64,000 nt of DNA, from the NCBI GenBank assembly GCA_951406725.2, contig OX597816.1, positions 40,920,001 to 40,984,000 on the forward strand, read 5' to 3'. Both the position numbers and the translations under genes were made by a program. Shown here piece by piece: positions 42,076-55,753 of the stretch. The stretch's first letter is position 1. Each line of letters opens with the position of its first letter. Under the pieces are notes generated by a model. The model saw only the letters and a program-made list of their open reading frames with translations, had not been told where the DNA came from and did no database searches. This stretch comes from Octopus vulgaris (Eukaryota).

Positions 42076-42688
42076 GTATTAGTAGTAGTAATAGAACTAG
42101 TAGCAGTTTTAGTGGTGGAAATAATCATAATGTTTTCATTATTAAATTCTTAAGTGCTCACTAAAATATTGGGGCCGTTAAAGGACAATACAATGTGGAA
42201 TAACATGAAAGAACGTGTAGAAAAACAGGGCAACTGTAAGAATAAACGTTAAACAATGATAATTTCCCCCGAAGACAAAGGTTTACATGGGCTATTCGTG
42301 GAAATCTCACACAACCACGATCACCCTGATTCATCAGACAAGCTTCGTTTCACTTTTTCCTCCTCAATTCTGCAAAGGTATGTACAGGTTAGGCCTGTTC
42401 ACTCGGATCATGCTCGCCGACTTATCCATATCTCAACCGATTAGAATCACCCACTCTTCCCGAAATTGCCTTTTCGATTAAAAAAAAACCTGCCTCTAAA
42501 ATGCTATGCTAAGTTCACGGGACAGATAAAAACATAAACACCACATCTCCTATCAATCAAAGGAAGTTGGTGGACGGTCTTCACAGTGGAGGCAGCTTGT
42601 TGTCACATTTGTTCTACACGCTACAGTAGACATTCTACATAACTCCAGAAGTCAGCATTCCTAGGCCCTGGAATACTCCGTTCACAAT

Positions 42689-43074
42689 TTTTTTGGAAGC
42701 ACTCCGTTGGTTACGACGACGAGGGTTCCGGTTGATCCGATCAACGGAACAGCCTGCTCGTGAAATTAACGTGTAAGTGGCTGAGCACTCCACATACACG
42801 TGTACCCTTAACGCAGTTCTCGGGGATATTCAGCGTGACACAGAGTGTGACAAGGCCGGCCATTTGAAATACAGGTACAACAGAAACAGGAAGTAAGAGT
42901 GAGAGAAAGTTGTGGTGAAAGAGTACAGCAGGGATCACCACCATCCCTGTCGGAGCCTCGTGGAGCTTTAGGTGTTTTCGCTCAATAAACACTCACAACG
43001 CCCGGTCTGGGAATCGAAACCGCGATCCTACGACCGCGAGTCCGCTGCCCTAACCACTAGGCCATTGCGCCTCC
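42689..43074 (-). mobile_element. SINE family B, young copy with 14-bp TSD
   Basis: TSD actccgttcacaat at 42675-42688 and 43075-43088. Confidence 0.95.
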
Positions 43075-46000
43075 ACTCCGTTCACAATAACCTCACGCTT
43101 ATATAGATAATCTCAATTCGGCAATGCTCACCAATTCTGTTGATCTAGAAAGCCATCAATGATATCCGGATGTTAACTGCCGTTTGTTTCTGGTCTATGC
43201 CACGAATTTCTCCAAAATGTCATTCATGCCTGCCACTAAACCTACTATGGAATGCCAAAGTGAAACACCCATTAACCTCACTGCCTAACTGGAAGAGTGC
43301 TCTGAGCATCTGACAACACAACAGCTAACAGTTCAGTGACCTTGTTGCACGCTTGATCCAAGGCTGCACGGTTAAAGAAACTAAGTGTAGAAAAGCAGTT
43401 CCGAGGAACGTTGACCAAACCTGTGCATCGTCAAGAAAATGCTGCAGTTCTTTCCTTGCAGAAACCAATGACCTAGTTCTCCGCTCAGGAAGTGTTGATT
43501 AGAAATTGACCTGCTGACCAGTGGAACGTGTTCATCCACTGAAAGCGGAATACCAGGTACTCCACTGAGACTTGAACTGGGGCAGGCCACGGCGGTCATG
43601 TAGTGAGATATATATAACGGATGTGATGTAAGCGTTTGCCATCTCTGTCGACCTTTCAGACATAACATTCCCTCGGTTCATCTCTGGGTGAGGTTGATCT
43701 CATTACTTGATATCTCGTCCCCGCTCTTCACTTCTTTAAGGTCTGAACAAAACCAGAACCAATTTTAGCAATCCATCCAGGGCATCACGATGCTGTTGGA
43801 CGCAAGTGATCTGTGTCCTCGGGTCCCGAGGTGCAGGGCCATGACATTTCTTAGTTGATTTTATGACTCATGTCACCGCCTCTTAGTCCCTTTACAGCAG
43901 TGCCACTTACTCTGGTGGTCTGATGACCGACTTTATGAAGCTGAAGTGGTCCAGCCATGTAGATACGCATCTCTCGCATTTTACATTGTACGTTGTACTG
44001 GAAGTAGTCATGTGTAGATCAGTTTAAAATGGTACATGTTTGCTTATCGGGAATTAGTTCAAAAACGACCAGCGCTAGCTCCTTGATTAAAAACTTTTCT
44101 AAAGACTTGAAGTTCGCGCTTGACAGAGTTATCTACCGAAAATATTCAGTGTAATATTTTCTGCTTGAGTCCTTTCTAAGGAGCGCTACCTGTAGTGAGA
44201 TACAAGGTTATTAGCCCCAATTATAAGCACCCTCTTATCGCTACCCTTCACATTCAGAACCATGAATTTATCTTCGATGTCTACTTCTCTGACTTGGTTT
44301 CAACTGCCACAGAGCGACTGTTCCATCACTTTTGGAAGCGAAGTTAATTTCAATACATCTAGAATGTATTTTATATGGCCTTTTATACGCACGTATTTAT
44401 CTTCATTGTTCACATACTTGCCACTATTAGTACAGTTCATTCAACGCATACAGGAGTACTCATATATATAAATGCATAGATCCACGTATATACACATATG
44501 TATAGAAAATTGCATATGCATTATTGAACGTCTATTTTTATTGATCAAGTCACACCGCTACCTTAATCACAACTTCCCTTCAGATGTCACTTCAATGCCT
44601 CACAACACTCTTTTACGAAGTGATTCCCGAATCCTTTTTCAGAATCACCTTGGTTGCAGTGTAAGAGTAAAAGCTCACGGTGTTTGAATTGTTGACATGT
44701 AAAAAATAATATTTTCCTAATATGATCTCTGTTCTTCCTTATTATTCTCATACTCTCTCCTGTTCGATCAGTGTTTTCCTTCATTTGTATCGTACCCCGG
44801 TTCTAATATTTAGGGAAATATTTGCTAGTTTGTCAAATGAGACTATTTCACATGGTTACGGTTGGATTTTCCTACACTTGCAATGAGCTCCTTATCACAG
44901 CAAACATACGGTGCCTCATCAAGATGGTGCATCACTTTGTAAATGACAGGTTGTGTTTCGTAGAAGGTAAACTTTATAACAGACAATGTCTGCTGTTTAT
45001 CGGCTGTTTTCTCCACGTCACGGTTTATGTTTCGATTATTTTCCTTGAATCTTTACTGTGTTCTCGATTACCTCTGCTGATCCCATACTGCTTCCATCTT
45101 CTTATTCTCATGGCTGGATGGTTTTGAGGAGTGCTTTCTGGGAATTTAGTTTCCACTGTCTTAGTTTTCAATGTCTCAGCCGTTTCAATCTTGCAGTTCG
45201 TCTACTTGAGACACTCTACGTAGTTGAAGTGCAAGTAAATATACTAACTACTTCACTTTTGTTGTTAGTGCCAACTGAAGGCCAACAACAACCATGATTT
45301 GTTCTTATTTTGTTCTCTGTAGGCGTTTTGAAGAGAAAGCTATTTAATGGCCTTTACTGCTAAATTTGCAGCAGTTGGGACTTTTCCCAAGGATACAGAT
45401 TTTGAAGAGTTTCCCATCGGCACTCACTATCGCGAATGGTTGTCTGCGTGTCTTCCATGTATTGTGGAAAAACTCCTCTGTAGTTTTAGCAACGGATATT
45501 TACTTTACCCTCCTCCTATTGCATGGTTCTGTTGTTGATGGCAGATGGCTGGCGTATACTTGTGAACAAAACAATGTCAAGCCTCAATTATTTTATACAA
45601 ATGTCCACTATGCAGGTCTTTATTATTTGAAAGAGTTTGTGCAAGCCTTCTGTTATTGATGACATCATTTTATTTTGTCTCAATAGAGGCGTGTACACGG
45701 TTCTTTTGCAACAGGTTGCCTATTGTACAGTGTTTTACTTTGAATATATATATATATATTTTTTCCATTTGTTGTTAAGAATTATAAACAAGACGCTTCT
45801 GATAGACATGTAGAAATGTCCTGTTGATATTTCCTAGGTTTTCTGTCATCAACTGAATCTACTGTACATTACGTAAAAGATGTATGGACTCAATATTTAT
45901 TGATAAATTATATTTTTGGTAGTGTGAACTATAAGGTGATATGATTTAGACTGTGCAAGGATTGTTTTGTAGTATAATCAGTTTATCTTTTCTTTAATGT

Positions 46001-47793
46001 ATAAGAAGAAACCCTACGTGTATCGATACTGCACTGTGAGAAACAACGAAGTAATATGCAAATGTTCAGTCGACTTGTTAAAAATAATAAGTTCTCCTGT
46101 GAATTATACTTCAGAAAGTGCTCGTTAATTAATTCAGACTAAATGCTTACTGGTAGTAAGAAAAGACAAGAGAAAACCACAACACTTACAAGCTATAACA
46201 ATTCCAACTTCATATATCGGTACACAAACAACAGAAAAAGTATTACGCATGTACTGATGTTTATAATTATAATTGTACTCATGAACCAAATACGACACTG
46301 TGTCCTGATGTGTAGTTGATGATATAACATGCTTCTCTTGATCTTAGTCATCTTTCCATCATCAAGTTGCGGGGTATTCTGGAGTATGGATACCAGAAAT
46401 GATTTACTTATATATATTAACATTAGTGAGTGATATAGGTATATACTCTTTTTGTGCCAAAATTACTGTATTAAGATGTATTGTAATATATGGTTCTCTA
46501 ACGATTTAATACCATTAAGGTACATATATACCACAATGAGTTTTTCAACAAGTGTTTTGTTCACATTTAAAGCACACGAAACACGTCCTAACATATACAT
46601 TATGATTGTCTGTGTCCATATACGCACGTATACACACTCATACACACAAAACAAACATTCACACAATTCACACACACATTCACAAACACACACACACACA
46701 CGTGCACGCATATGTATTATATAATTATATATAAAATCTAATATTCAGTTGCGGGATTCGTCAAGCCATATGCATTTCAACGTGGAAGACAACAGGAAAG
46801 GCTGGGCACCCAGATTATAATATTCAGGAGCAACTTAAAGGTGATGTTTACTGAGTTAATTCTGTGAGTGTGCATATACAAATCTGTTTGCCTTTCTATA
46901 TATAAGTACACATAAATGAATACACGTCGATAAACAATCAGACAGAACCTATAGATCCAACACAGAGATGGTTCCACGTGTAGCGTACGTATAAAAGAAC
47001 TCAAGTGGGGTTCGAAATTCACAATCACTGTTTTGACAGCATTTTATTGATGCATTCTTACATTACATTGAGACAAAATCTCACCGTCTTCAGGTGAGTT
47101 TAAGCAAACAAGTAGGTAAGATATATATAAGATAATGAGCGGAACAAGCTACGTGCTTGTACAAGAGAATTTATTTAGAAGAAGAGTAGTACTCTTAAAG
47201 GCCACTTCACCTGTTCGCTTAAAATCGGCTGAAGATGTCGCATTGTTGCCAAAACTATATTATTAATATAGAAACACACCCACACAACCACTCACTCAAA
47301 CACACACAGGTATATATATATAGTATACAATATAATATGCATGTGTGTGCGCGTGTATGATATACTTGCAATATGATATGATATGATATAATATATATAT
47401 ACTAGGGAATAAATTAATATTCCAACCTTACAGGTAAAATTCAGTATAGTAATATTAGACCGAATTCCGTAATATATAATATATAATATATGCATATAAC
47501 TAATTTAGAGACAAACTGCCTTCCACAACTCAGTCAATGAAGAACCTGGCCAAAACCATGCTATGATACATATACCAAACAAAATACTAATCCAAAATTT
47601 TACTAATATATGATACTCAAGAGTAAGATTATTACAATCATATAATATATAAGAGCAAATACTTTTCAAATCGCAGCGAATACCACACAAAGAAACATTC
47701 ATCATTAAAATATTAATTAAAATCAAATAAAGTATAAATTGAACAATAAAAATTAATACAATCATATAATGTATAAAAGTAAGTACTTGTACA

Positions 47794-47914
47794 TCGACTA
47801 CGCGCGTTTCATGGCTCCATTACGACTATATAAAATCATATAAGCGAACCATATCCAAATTCATTAGAATGGAAAATTGATTTTACTCCCAAAAGCAGTT
47901 ACTCCTCAGGTCAA
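47794..47914 (-). ncRNA. Type I hammerhead with long (~92 nt) stem II region, partly decayed
   Basis: UUGAC CUGAGGA [92 nt] GAAAC GCGC GUA GUCGA. Confidence 0.55.
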
Positions 47915-48234
47915 ATTCCTAAATAAAAACCTAAAAAATAAGTTTAACTTACCTCATAATATGATAAGGAATAAGAAATAAGGAATAAATATATAAATAA
48001 GAAACAAAACCTATAATGTAATCCCTAAGTTAAAGACATTAATATTATCAAAAGTTACGAATTAAATTATTCAAATAGAGTATTATTGTGTTGATATGAT
48101 TAATTCATGGAAAATGTAAATAAATGTAAATACGTGTTAGTGTATGAAGTTAATAAAAAACGTATGTCGATATTGTTTAGAATAAATTTAGAAAACATGA
48201 CTCATCTGCCGGCGAATTACTGTAAATTAAACCG

Positions 48235-48422
48235 AAATAAGTATACTTTAGCATTTATAAGTATACTTTAGCATTTATACTGAAAAGTCACGTGATAAAG
48301 AGACCTTCTTTTTCGATAATTTCGTTATTATTATAGTAAATATAATACGTATTTATCTCTGAGTAATAGAAGCCATATTTATCACGTGACTTTTCAGTAT
48401 AAATGCTAAAGTACACTTATTT
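48235..48422. mobile_element. MITE-like element with ~45-bp TIRs
   Basis: aagtatactttagcatttatactgaaaagtcacgtgataaa versus tttatcacgtgacttttcagtataaatgctaaagtacactt. Confidence 0.7.
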
Positions 48423-48439
48423 TTGTGTGTGCATATGGA

Positions 48440-48662
48440 TATATCCATATGTGTGTGTGTTTGTGTCCGTGATTTTGCCCCCCCGAATCACAACTTGACA
48501 AGTGTTGTTGGTGTGTTCACGTTCTCGTAACTTCGACAAAATCGATAGAAGAATTAGTAGGGTTAAAAAAATAAGTCAATGGGACGATTTGTGTGACCAA
48601 AATCCTTCAAAATGAGGCCGCAGGTAAACGACTGAAATAGCTCAAAGAATAAAGAAGAAAGA
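48440..48662 (+). mobile_element. Old SINE family A 3' half
   Basis: cttgacaa..gttggtgtgttcacgt..cgtaactt...gactgaaa...aaagaataaa. Confidence 0.55.
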
Positions 48663-48749
48663 ATATATATATATATATATGTGTGTGTGTATGTATGTAT
48701 GTATATATACAAACACATACATATATACATATACACACATACACACACA

Positions 48750-48789
<40 letters not shown>

Positions 48790-48801
48790 CATACATACAT
48801 G

Positions 48802-48859
<58 letters not shown>

Positions 48860-49783
48860 CAAAAATGGTGAGAAATAAATATTATTTGATAGACACAATA
48901 AAAGTTCTTAGGTGCTAGTATAAGTTTCATGTGATAAAAGCATGTTAAACGACATTTTTTTAATCACATATGGTGTCTAATGCACTCTTCAGGTACTACC
49001 CACATAGCATAACCAGCTGAAAATAGGACGATAAGTTTAGATAAATGGCAAGAAATTAGCAGATATAAAAAGTGTCAGTTTGAAAAACCTGAAAACGAAA
49101 AAGAAAACAGAAAAAACAAAAAAGGGGACTGGTAGTTGTTTCCCCTCTAATCGTAAAATATAAGGCTGAAAAGAAAGTAGCTTACAGTCTGCGGCACAGC
49201 TGTTGAATCCGGAGAACGTGGTACTTGCACTTCGTCAACAGGAACTTAGGCATATACTTACAACTGATCGGATCTAGAATTCAGCAGTGTGTTAACTTTC
49301 TTAGATCTAAACAGGATCTGAATTCTTTGAGCTACATATAGCTTACATATATTTGATCTGTTAACATATGGTGTGAATGTTTTGACTATTTTCACTTTAT
49401 AGTATATGATGTGGCATTCAATTTCAAGTTCCTTACGTGGCTAGCCAAATTAGCAGCTTTACTTTTGCCTCTCAGTCGGAAAGAAATATTGTGTTTAGAT
49501 AGCAACTTTTGAAGTCACTTTCACATATAGCTCTTCCTGTCTCTTAATTTATCATCTATCGCTTCTGTCGCTTCTCCCTCATATATGACGGAAGTGATCA
49601 TACATCCCAGTTCGAGTGCACTGGTTTCTGTGACTCGACATTTACACCTGGGAGTAGATCCTTGGTGTTGTTCTCGAGTAATGATGCTTCCGTATCAGGG
49701 CAGTAGTTACGTTAAAATTTCATTGAACGACTGTTATATATATAGTTCAAATTTACAGACAACAAAAGACACACACACACACA

Positions 49784-49844
<61 letters not shown>

Positions 49845-50879
49845 TTATGTAATGCAAGTATGCTTGCATTCGTGTGTGTATGCACCAAGTTTGCGATTTT
49901 CGGCAACCAAATTTCACTCATGAATACCCCTGAAATAAAGTGTAATAGAATACACTTGTTCACAGTAAAAAACTAAGAAAATTGAAGCTATTGTTTCTAC
50001 ACACGTTGTAACAACGAAATAATGACACCATAACATTAGGATGCATTCTCACTTCATCTGTTAGCTCAAAAACTATTAGCGTGTATTCGTAAGACATGCA
50101 ACATGAATGAGTATCTTGGTATCTTTATGAAAGCGAAGGAAATATGATTGAGGAAAGGACGAAAATTGCAAAACATGCATGTTAGAATTACACGCTAGAA
50201 GTTAAATGTTTGAAGAAAAAACGAGAAAAACGGCATGAAAATATAAAAAAGAGATGGATGATATTTAGAATAAACTGAGAAATAATAGTTAATCTAGTTA
50301 AGAAAGAGCTATTCTTGTTAACATCAACGAGAAATAAAATAGGGAAATGAGGAGAAAAATGAATACGATTGAAAAAAATATCAAGTAGTCGTAGACGTCG
50401 AAAAAGATGCCAGAATGGAAAAAAAATATTGTGAATAAGGAAATGGGAGAAGAAAAACTTAAAACATATAAAATTGAGACCACGCAGTTGAAACAAAGTA
50501 TATGAAAAGAAAAGATAGCAATGACCTATACGGTGCGAAAAGAAACAAATATATGAATTCGATGCAAAAATTGGAAAATAAAAGAGGAGGAAAATGAGAA
50601 AACGAAAAATAAAAAAGATAAAGATGAAATGAAAAGCAGAAAAAGCAAAGCCCTTTGAAATGCTTTCCTTTCTCTCTCTCTCTCTATTTCTCTTTCTCCA
50701 GCATTCGCACTCTAAAATATTAAAATTTTCTTTTTCTTTTTTATTGTTATTTTTTAGATATTTACTTTCTGTTTGTGACTTTGTGTTTGAAATCGCTTGC
50801 AAAGGGCAACTGAATTTGAATCTGAGATTTCATTAGTTCGCTCGTCGTTAGAAATATGTTTGAAATAATTATAACATCG

Positions 50880-51035
50880 GTTTCAAATTTTGGCACAAGA
50901 TCAGCAATTTCACGGGAGGGGATAAACCGATAACGTTATCCCTACAAGTGGTAATAATTTTATTGACTCCGAAATGATGAAATTCAAAGTTGACTTCTGA
51001 GGGATTTGAACTCAGACCGCAAAGACGTAGCGTTT
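50880..51035 (-). mobile_element. Decayed SINE family C-like fragment
   Basis: ttttattgactccgaaatgatgaaattcaaagttgactt...gatttgaactcaga. Confidence 0.55.
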
Positions 51036-51132
51036 CGCGCGTTGTTGTTGTGTAGTGAACAGGTAGTGAATGTGGTTTGTAATTTTGTAGGTAACATCTT
51101 ACACATAACTATAAAGATTCAAGCGTTGGCTA

Positions 51133-51520
51133 AGGGAGGAAGCACTCCGTCGGTTACGACGACGAGGGTTCCGGTTGATCCGATCAACGGTACAGCCTGC
51201 TCGTGAAATTAGCGTGTAAGTGGCTGAGCACTCCACAGACACGTGTACCCTTAACGTAGTTCTCGGGGATATTCAGCGTGACACAGAGAGTGACAAGGCC
51301 GGCCCTTTGAAATACTGGTACAACAGAAACAGGAAGTAAGAGTGAGAGAAAGTTGTGGTGAAAGAGTACAGCAGGGATCACCACCATCCCTGCCGGAGGA
51401 TCGTGGAGATTTTAGGTGTTTTCGCTCAATAAACACTCACAACGCCCGGTCTGGGAATCGAAACCGCATTCCTACGACCGCAAATCCGCTGCCCTAACCA
51501 CTGGGCCATTGCGCCTCCAC
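51133..51520 (-). mobile_element. SINE family B, young copy with 14-bp TSD
   Basis: TSD tcaagcgttggcta at 51119-51132 and 51521-51534. Confidence 0.95.
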
Positions 51521-53277
51521 TCAAGCGTTGGCTACTACGCTAGTGACCTGATTCGGACCAGACCTCTAGATAGAGAAGGCTGGAGATAAATCCCAACCAG
51601 GTGGTCAGTCTCACGCAGGAACAGGCCCATTTAAAGCTGTAATTTAAAGGGAAGCTGGTGTGCTACTGTTTGATTGACTCACCCTCTTCCAGAAAACCTT
51701 TGATCAGTTTTTGAACGCAGGAAATGCTCGTATTGTGTTTCATCTATGGCCAACAAACTCTCTCTCTATATACATATATAGGTTCTGTGGGTCCACAGCA
51801 GATAATAAATATGCAACGCAAGCAATAACTATGACACTTCTACTTGAATTCCTTACTGTTATAATGACGCCAAAGACAGTGAACACATGTGGTCTTTACT
51901 TGTAAGACAGTTTCTGATATTGTCTAGCATGCGTTTCTGAGTCAAACACAGAGGAATCTTCGGCGCTTAGCTAGAAGTATATTAATGAGCCTACAGACGC
52001 CGTACTGATGGCATTCAAATACCATCGCGATGAAGCTTACGTTTCATCCCTTCGCGGACAATGAAATAAGCGCCAGACGAGTACTCGCATCTCATTAATC
52101 GTCTACCCAACCGCTAAAATTGCTGGCCTTGTGCGAAAATTTGGTGGATTTTCTGAAAAACTAGGGAAAACTTGCAGTGCTACTCGGAAATCCCTGTTTG
52201 GGGCTATTTCTACATACACAGAAGTGTTAAAATCCGAAAACACCCGATATGTGCACAGGGCGATGAATTCTCATGCATACGTTCACTCAACGGTTTTACA
52301 AATCAGAAGACTAAAGACGATTTTTCTCTACTTAATTTCTCTGCAAACATCTCAGTTAAAGCTTATATGAGAATACGTGGTGCTAGTTCGATAGGCCTAA
52401 TCTGTACATGCAAAAATACATAAGACTGGGCAGGAGCACTTCCTCTTAGAACTTAGTGTAATACCCATTCGGCTTATTGCATGATTACTTCCTAATGATA
52501 ACCATATTGAAACTGTTTCATTGCAAATATTTCATTTTATTACAATTTGATTTTGTTGTTCGTATCTGTGTTTTTACAATCGATTGGACAACCACACCAT
52601 TTTGTAATTCCTATTTGTAATGCAAGCCCCAAAATACCTAATTATCTCGGTGGGACAGTAATATAGATTATACCTTGTCCGAAAATATATTGCTTCTGTT
52701 TAAGTTAGAAACCGTTTTTTAATTCCCGCTAATCTTTTTCCGATTTACTTCGTCGATTGTAGATCTTCAGTGATTTTTTTTTCAACATATAAGCTACTTT
52801 ATTTTGGTTTGCTTGATAGCAGTTACGTTTCTGAGCAACGTTTAGATCACAGAAATAGAAAAGCCTATTTATAAATAGTCTCATTGATCAACAAAAAAAT
52901 TAATCGCACTCGAATAGATACTCTGTTTGTTTCCGGCGAAGATTAATCAACTGCATGGCTTATCGTTGAAATAATTTGTAAACCGGTTGAATTAGTTTTG
53001 AGGCACGAAATGAAACTGAACTTTGAATAATGTTTGGAAAAGTATATGACCATACTGTATCCGTGACATTACAAGTTTACCTCAAGAGCAAAAACCTACA
53101 CCTGATTCGGAAAGATATGGATGTAGGATTTGAAAAAGTCAGAGAGGATATCACTGAGTTCTAGTCTGTCAGAGAGACAGTTTATCTAACGGGGAGCAGA
53201 TATTGTGAGAAAATAACAAGCAGAGAAGACAGATGAGATAAGTAAAGAACCCCCTACACACTCTCACACTCTCTCTC

Positions 53278-53490
53278 TTTTTACTCTTTTACTTGTTTCA
53301 GTCATTTGACTGCGGCCATGCTGGAGCACCACCTATAGTAGAGCAAATCGACCCCAGGACTTATTCTTTGTAAGCTTTGCACTTATTCTACCGGTCTCTT
53401 TGCCGAACCGCTAAGATACGGGACGTAAACACACCGACATCTGTTGTCAAGCGATGTTGCGGGGACAAACACAGACCCTCCCCCAATATA

Positions 53491-53547
<57 letters not shown>

Positions 53548-53709
53548 GATGGGCTTCTTTCAGTATCCGTCTACCAAATCCACTCACAAGGCTCTGGTCG
53601 GCCCGAGGCTATAGTAGAAGACACTTGCCCAAAGTGCCACGCAGTGGGACTGAACCCGGAACCATGTGGTTGGTAAGCAAGCTACTTACAACACAGCCAC
53701 TCCTACGCC
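53278..53709 (-). mobile_element. SINE family A
   Basis: Reverse complement of 8962-9375. Confidence 0.9.
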
Positions 53710-54289
53710 TATAAGTTGTCTAGAAAAACTATAGTTAAAGGAATGGCATGTAAATAGGATGGCCTGCAGGTTTTTGCTGATACAGATCCTAATCGTGAAC
53801 GTAATCTAAAAATTACAAGAGGATGTAAAAATGAGCTCAGTTCCTATACTAAAGCGTCTTTGGATGATTTCACACCTTCATCTGATGGTCATGATAATGA
53901 ACTATAAGATAGATATAATCTCTCATCCAGTTAGTAACGCTCATTCCGTCACCAGCACTGAAACTATAGTCAATATCTTCTATGGCAAGAACGTACTCGT
54001 ACGATGTTATGATTTTTATTAATTTCCTACGTTTTTGTGCTTTCACGTATATGTATTGTACCGTGTATATATAGAAATAGATAATTTCATATATGAAGGT
54101 TATCATGTTTGTTCTCTTTTGTTTTCTTGTGCTACCTCTGTTCCAATAGCCCATAGGAATGCAATCTCACTTGACGTTATGAGACTCAATACGAAAATCA
54201 ATTTCACATTACTAAATTTCGCGTTACTACCAAATTTTGCGCATGTGCATTGCTTGTTTTTGATTTTGTAGACTACACAGTGTATTGAC

Positions 54290-55039
54290 AGTTGGGCACA
54301 GTCCGTGAGAAAAACAGCACCATGATGCAATTCACTCTGCTAGAAATTTGGAAATGTCATGCTGTCCTGCTTGGCATTCGCGCCGGTAGCTCCGCTAAGA
54401 ATATTTCAGAGTGCTTCGATGTCAATTTGAGGACAGTTCAATCTGAGGACGTGTACCGAAAATCATAAAAATCAAACATTCAGTCAACATCATCGGCTTT
54501 AGAGTTGTCACTAGTGATGGCGACGGTTTGCCTCCATTCATCTTTCCACACGGCCTTAGACTCAACACCGAGGCCTGCATCAAGTGGCTGGAGGAGGAAG
54601 CGCTGCCCTGGGTCTAGAAGGAGGCTGGTAGAAGACCCTATGACTGGCAACAGGACTCTGCAGCATGCTACACAAACAGGTGAGCACAGTCATGCCTGTC
54701 AAACAATTCCTGCGATCACATCACCCCTAAAATCTTGCCACCTAACTGCCCATACTGCAATAGACTTGATTATTATGTGTAACACCAAAGATGAACTGAA
54801 GGCAAAAATTATGGCAGCATTTATCACCTTTAACAAGGAGACCATCCAGAAGAGTTGTAGGAGACTCCGAAGGCGTCTGGAGACCATGGTTGAAGCCAAT
54901 GGTTATGTTATTGAATAAATTTACTCTTTAGCATTTCAAGATATTCTATGTAATTTTGGGAAATATATGTTAAAACGAGATGTCAGTGTTATTTTCATTT
55001 TTGCGTAAATTAGACGACAGTTTATTCACCGCACCTGTA
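54290..55039 (+). mobile_element. Internally deleted maT-like transposon
   Basis: PPFIFPHGLRLNTEA..KWLEE...WQQDS...NTKDELKAKIMAAF...IQKSCRRLRRRLETMVEANG; ends ttattcaccgcacctgta. Confidence 0.7.
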
Positions 55040-55151
55040 TATACATACCCACATACATATATACATAAATACAAACATACATATATACATACATACATAT
55101 ATACATACATACATACATACATACACATATATATATATGTATGTATGTATG

Positions 55152-55187
<36 letters not shown>

Positions 55188-55190
<3 letters not shown>

Positions 55191-55335
55191 GGAGAATTCA
55201 CGAAACAACAAAAGACAAAGACAGGTGGTGTAAAAAACAAACAGATGTATTAGTATGGCGCTCAGGAATTGAAAAAGTCTTTTACGTTTCGAGCCTACGC
55301 TTCTTACACAGAAAGGAACACAGAAAGAAACAAAA
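55188..55335 (-). mobile_element. pLTR-like fragment with decayed minimal hammerhead (55279-55315)
   Basis: CUUU CUGUGUAAG AAGC guag GCUC GAAAC GUA AAAG; homologous to 17605-17800 and 31261-31320. Confidence 0.55.
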
Positions 55336-55616
55336 CCACTAACAATTACTTGGTCGAATCAAGATGCCATTCAGTGAGTCTGAACCTGGATCAATGTGGT
55401 TGGGAAGCAAGCTCCTTACCACATAGCCATGCTTGCGCCTACACACACGCACACACGTGTGTGTATGTATGCGTGTGGTTATGCATATACACACGCATAC
55501 GCAGCCACAGTTACATGAATACATACATAAACACCACCCCTACAAATATATATCATATACCTGATACATACAAACACATATACGTATTTATGCATGTATA
55601 TTGTTGTCATCCCAAC

Positions 55617-55753
55617 ATCCAGCGCTGTCAGTCATCGCCTAATATTTCTACGGATATATCGTAATGCGATATTATGTATCGCATTAATATACATTTTATA
55701 AAGTATTAAGACAAATCCATAGAAATATTAGGTGATGACTGACAGCACTGGAT
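55617..55753. repeat. 39-bp inverted repeat enclosing a second hairpin
   Basis: 55617-55655 versus 55715-55753; inner taatgcgata/tatcgcatta. Confidence 0.85.

Noticed and set aside
42240-45740. Likely decayed retroelement coding fragments (Tx1/RTE/R4/LTR-like)
   Set aside because: Only isolated peptide hints (e.g. FWSYVECLL, WLDH); family and boundaries cannot be supported without a search.
47075-47260. Two CTGAAGA motifs in opposite orientation
   Set aside because: No intact GAAA/stem III or paired stem I.
50188-50802. 204-aa Phe-rich ORF
   Set aside because: Complement of an A/G-rich low-complexity tract.
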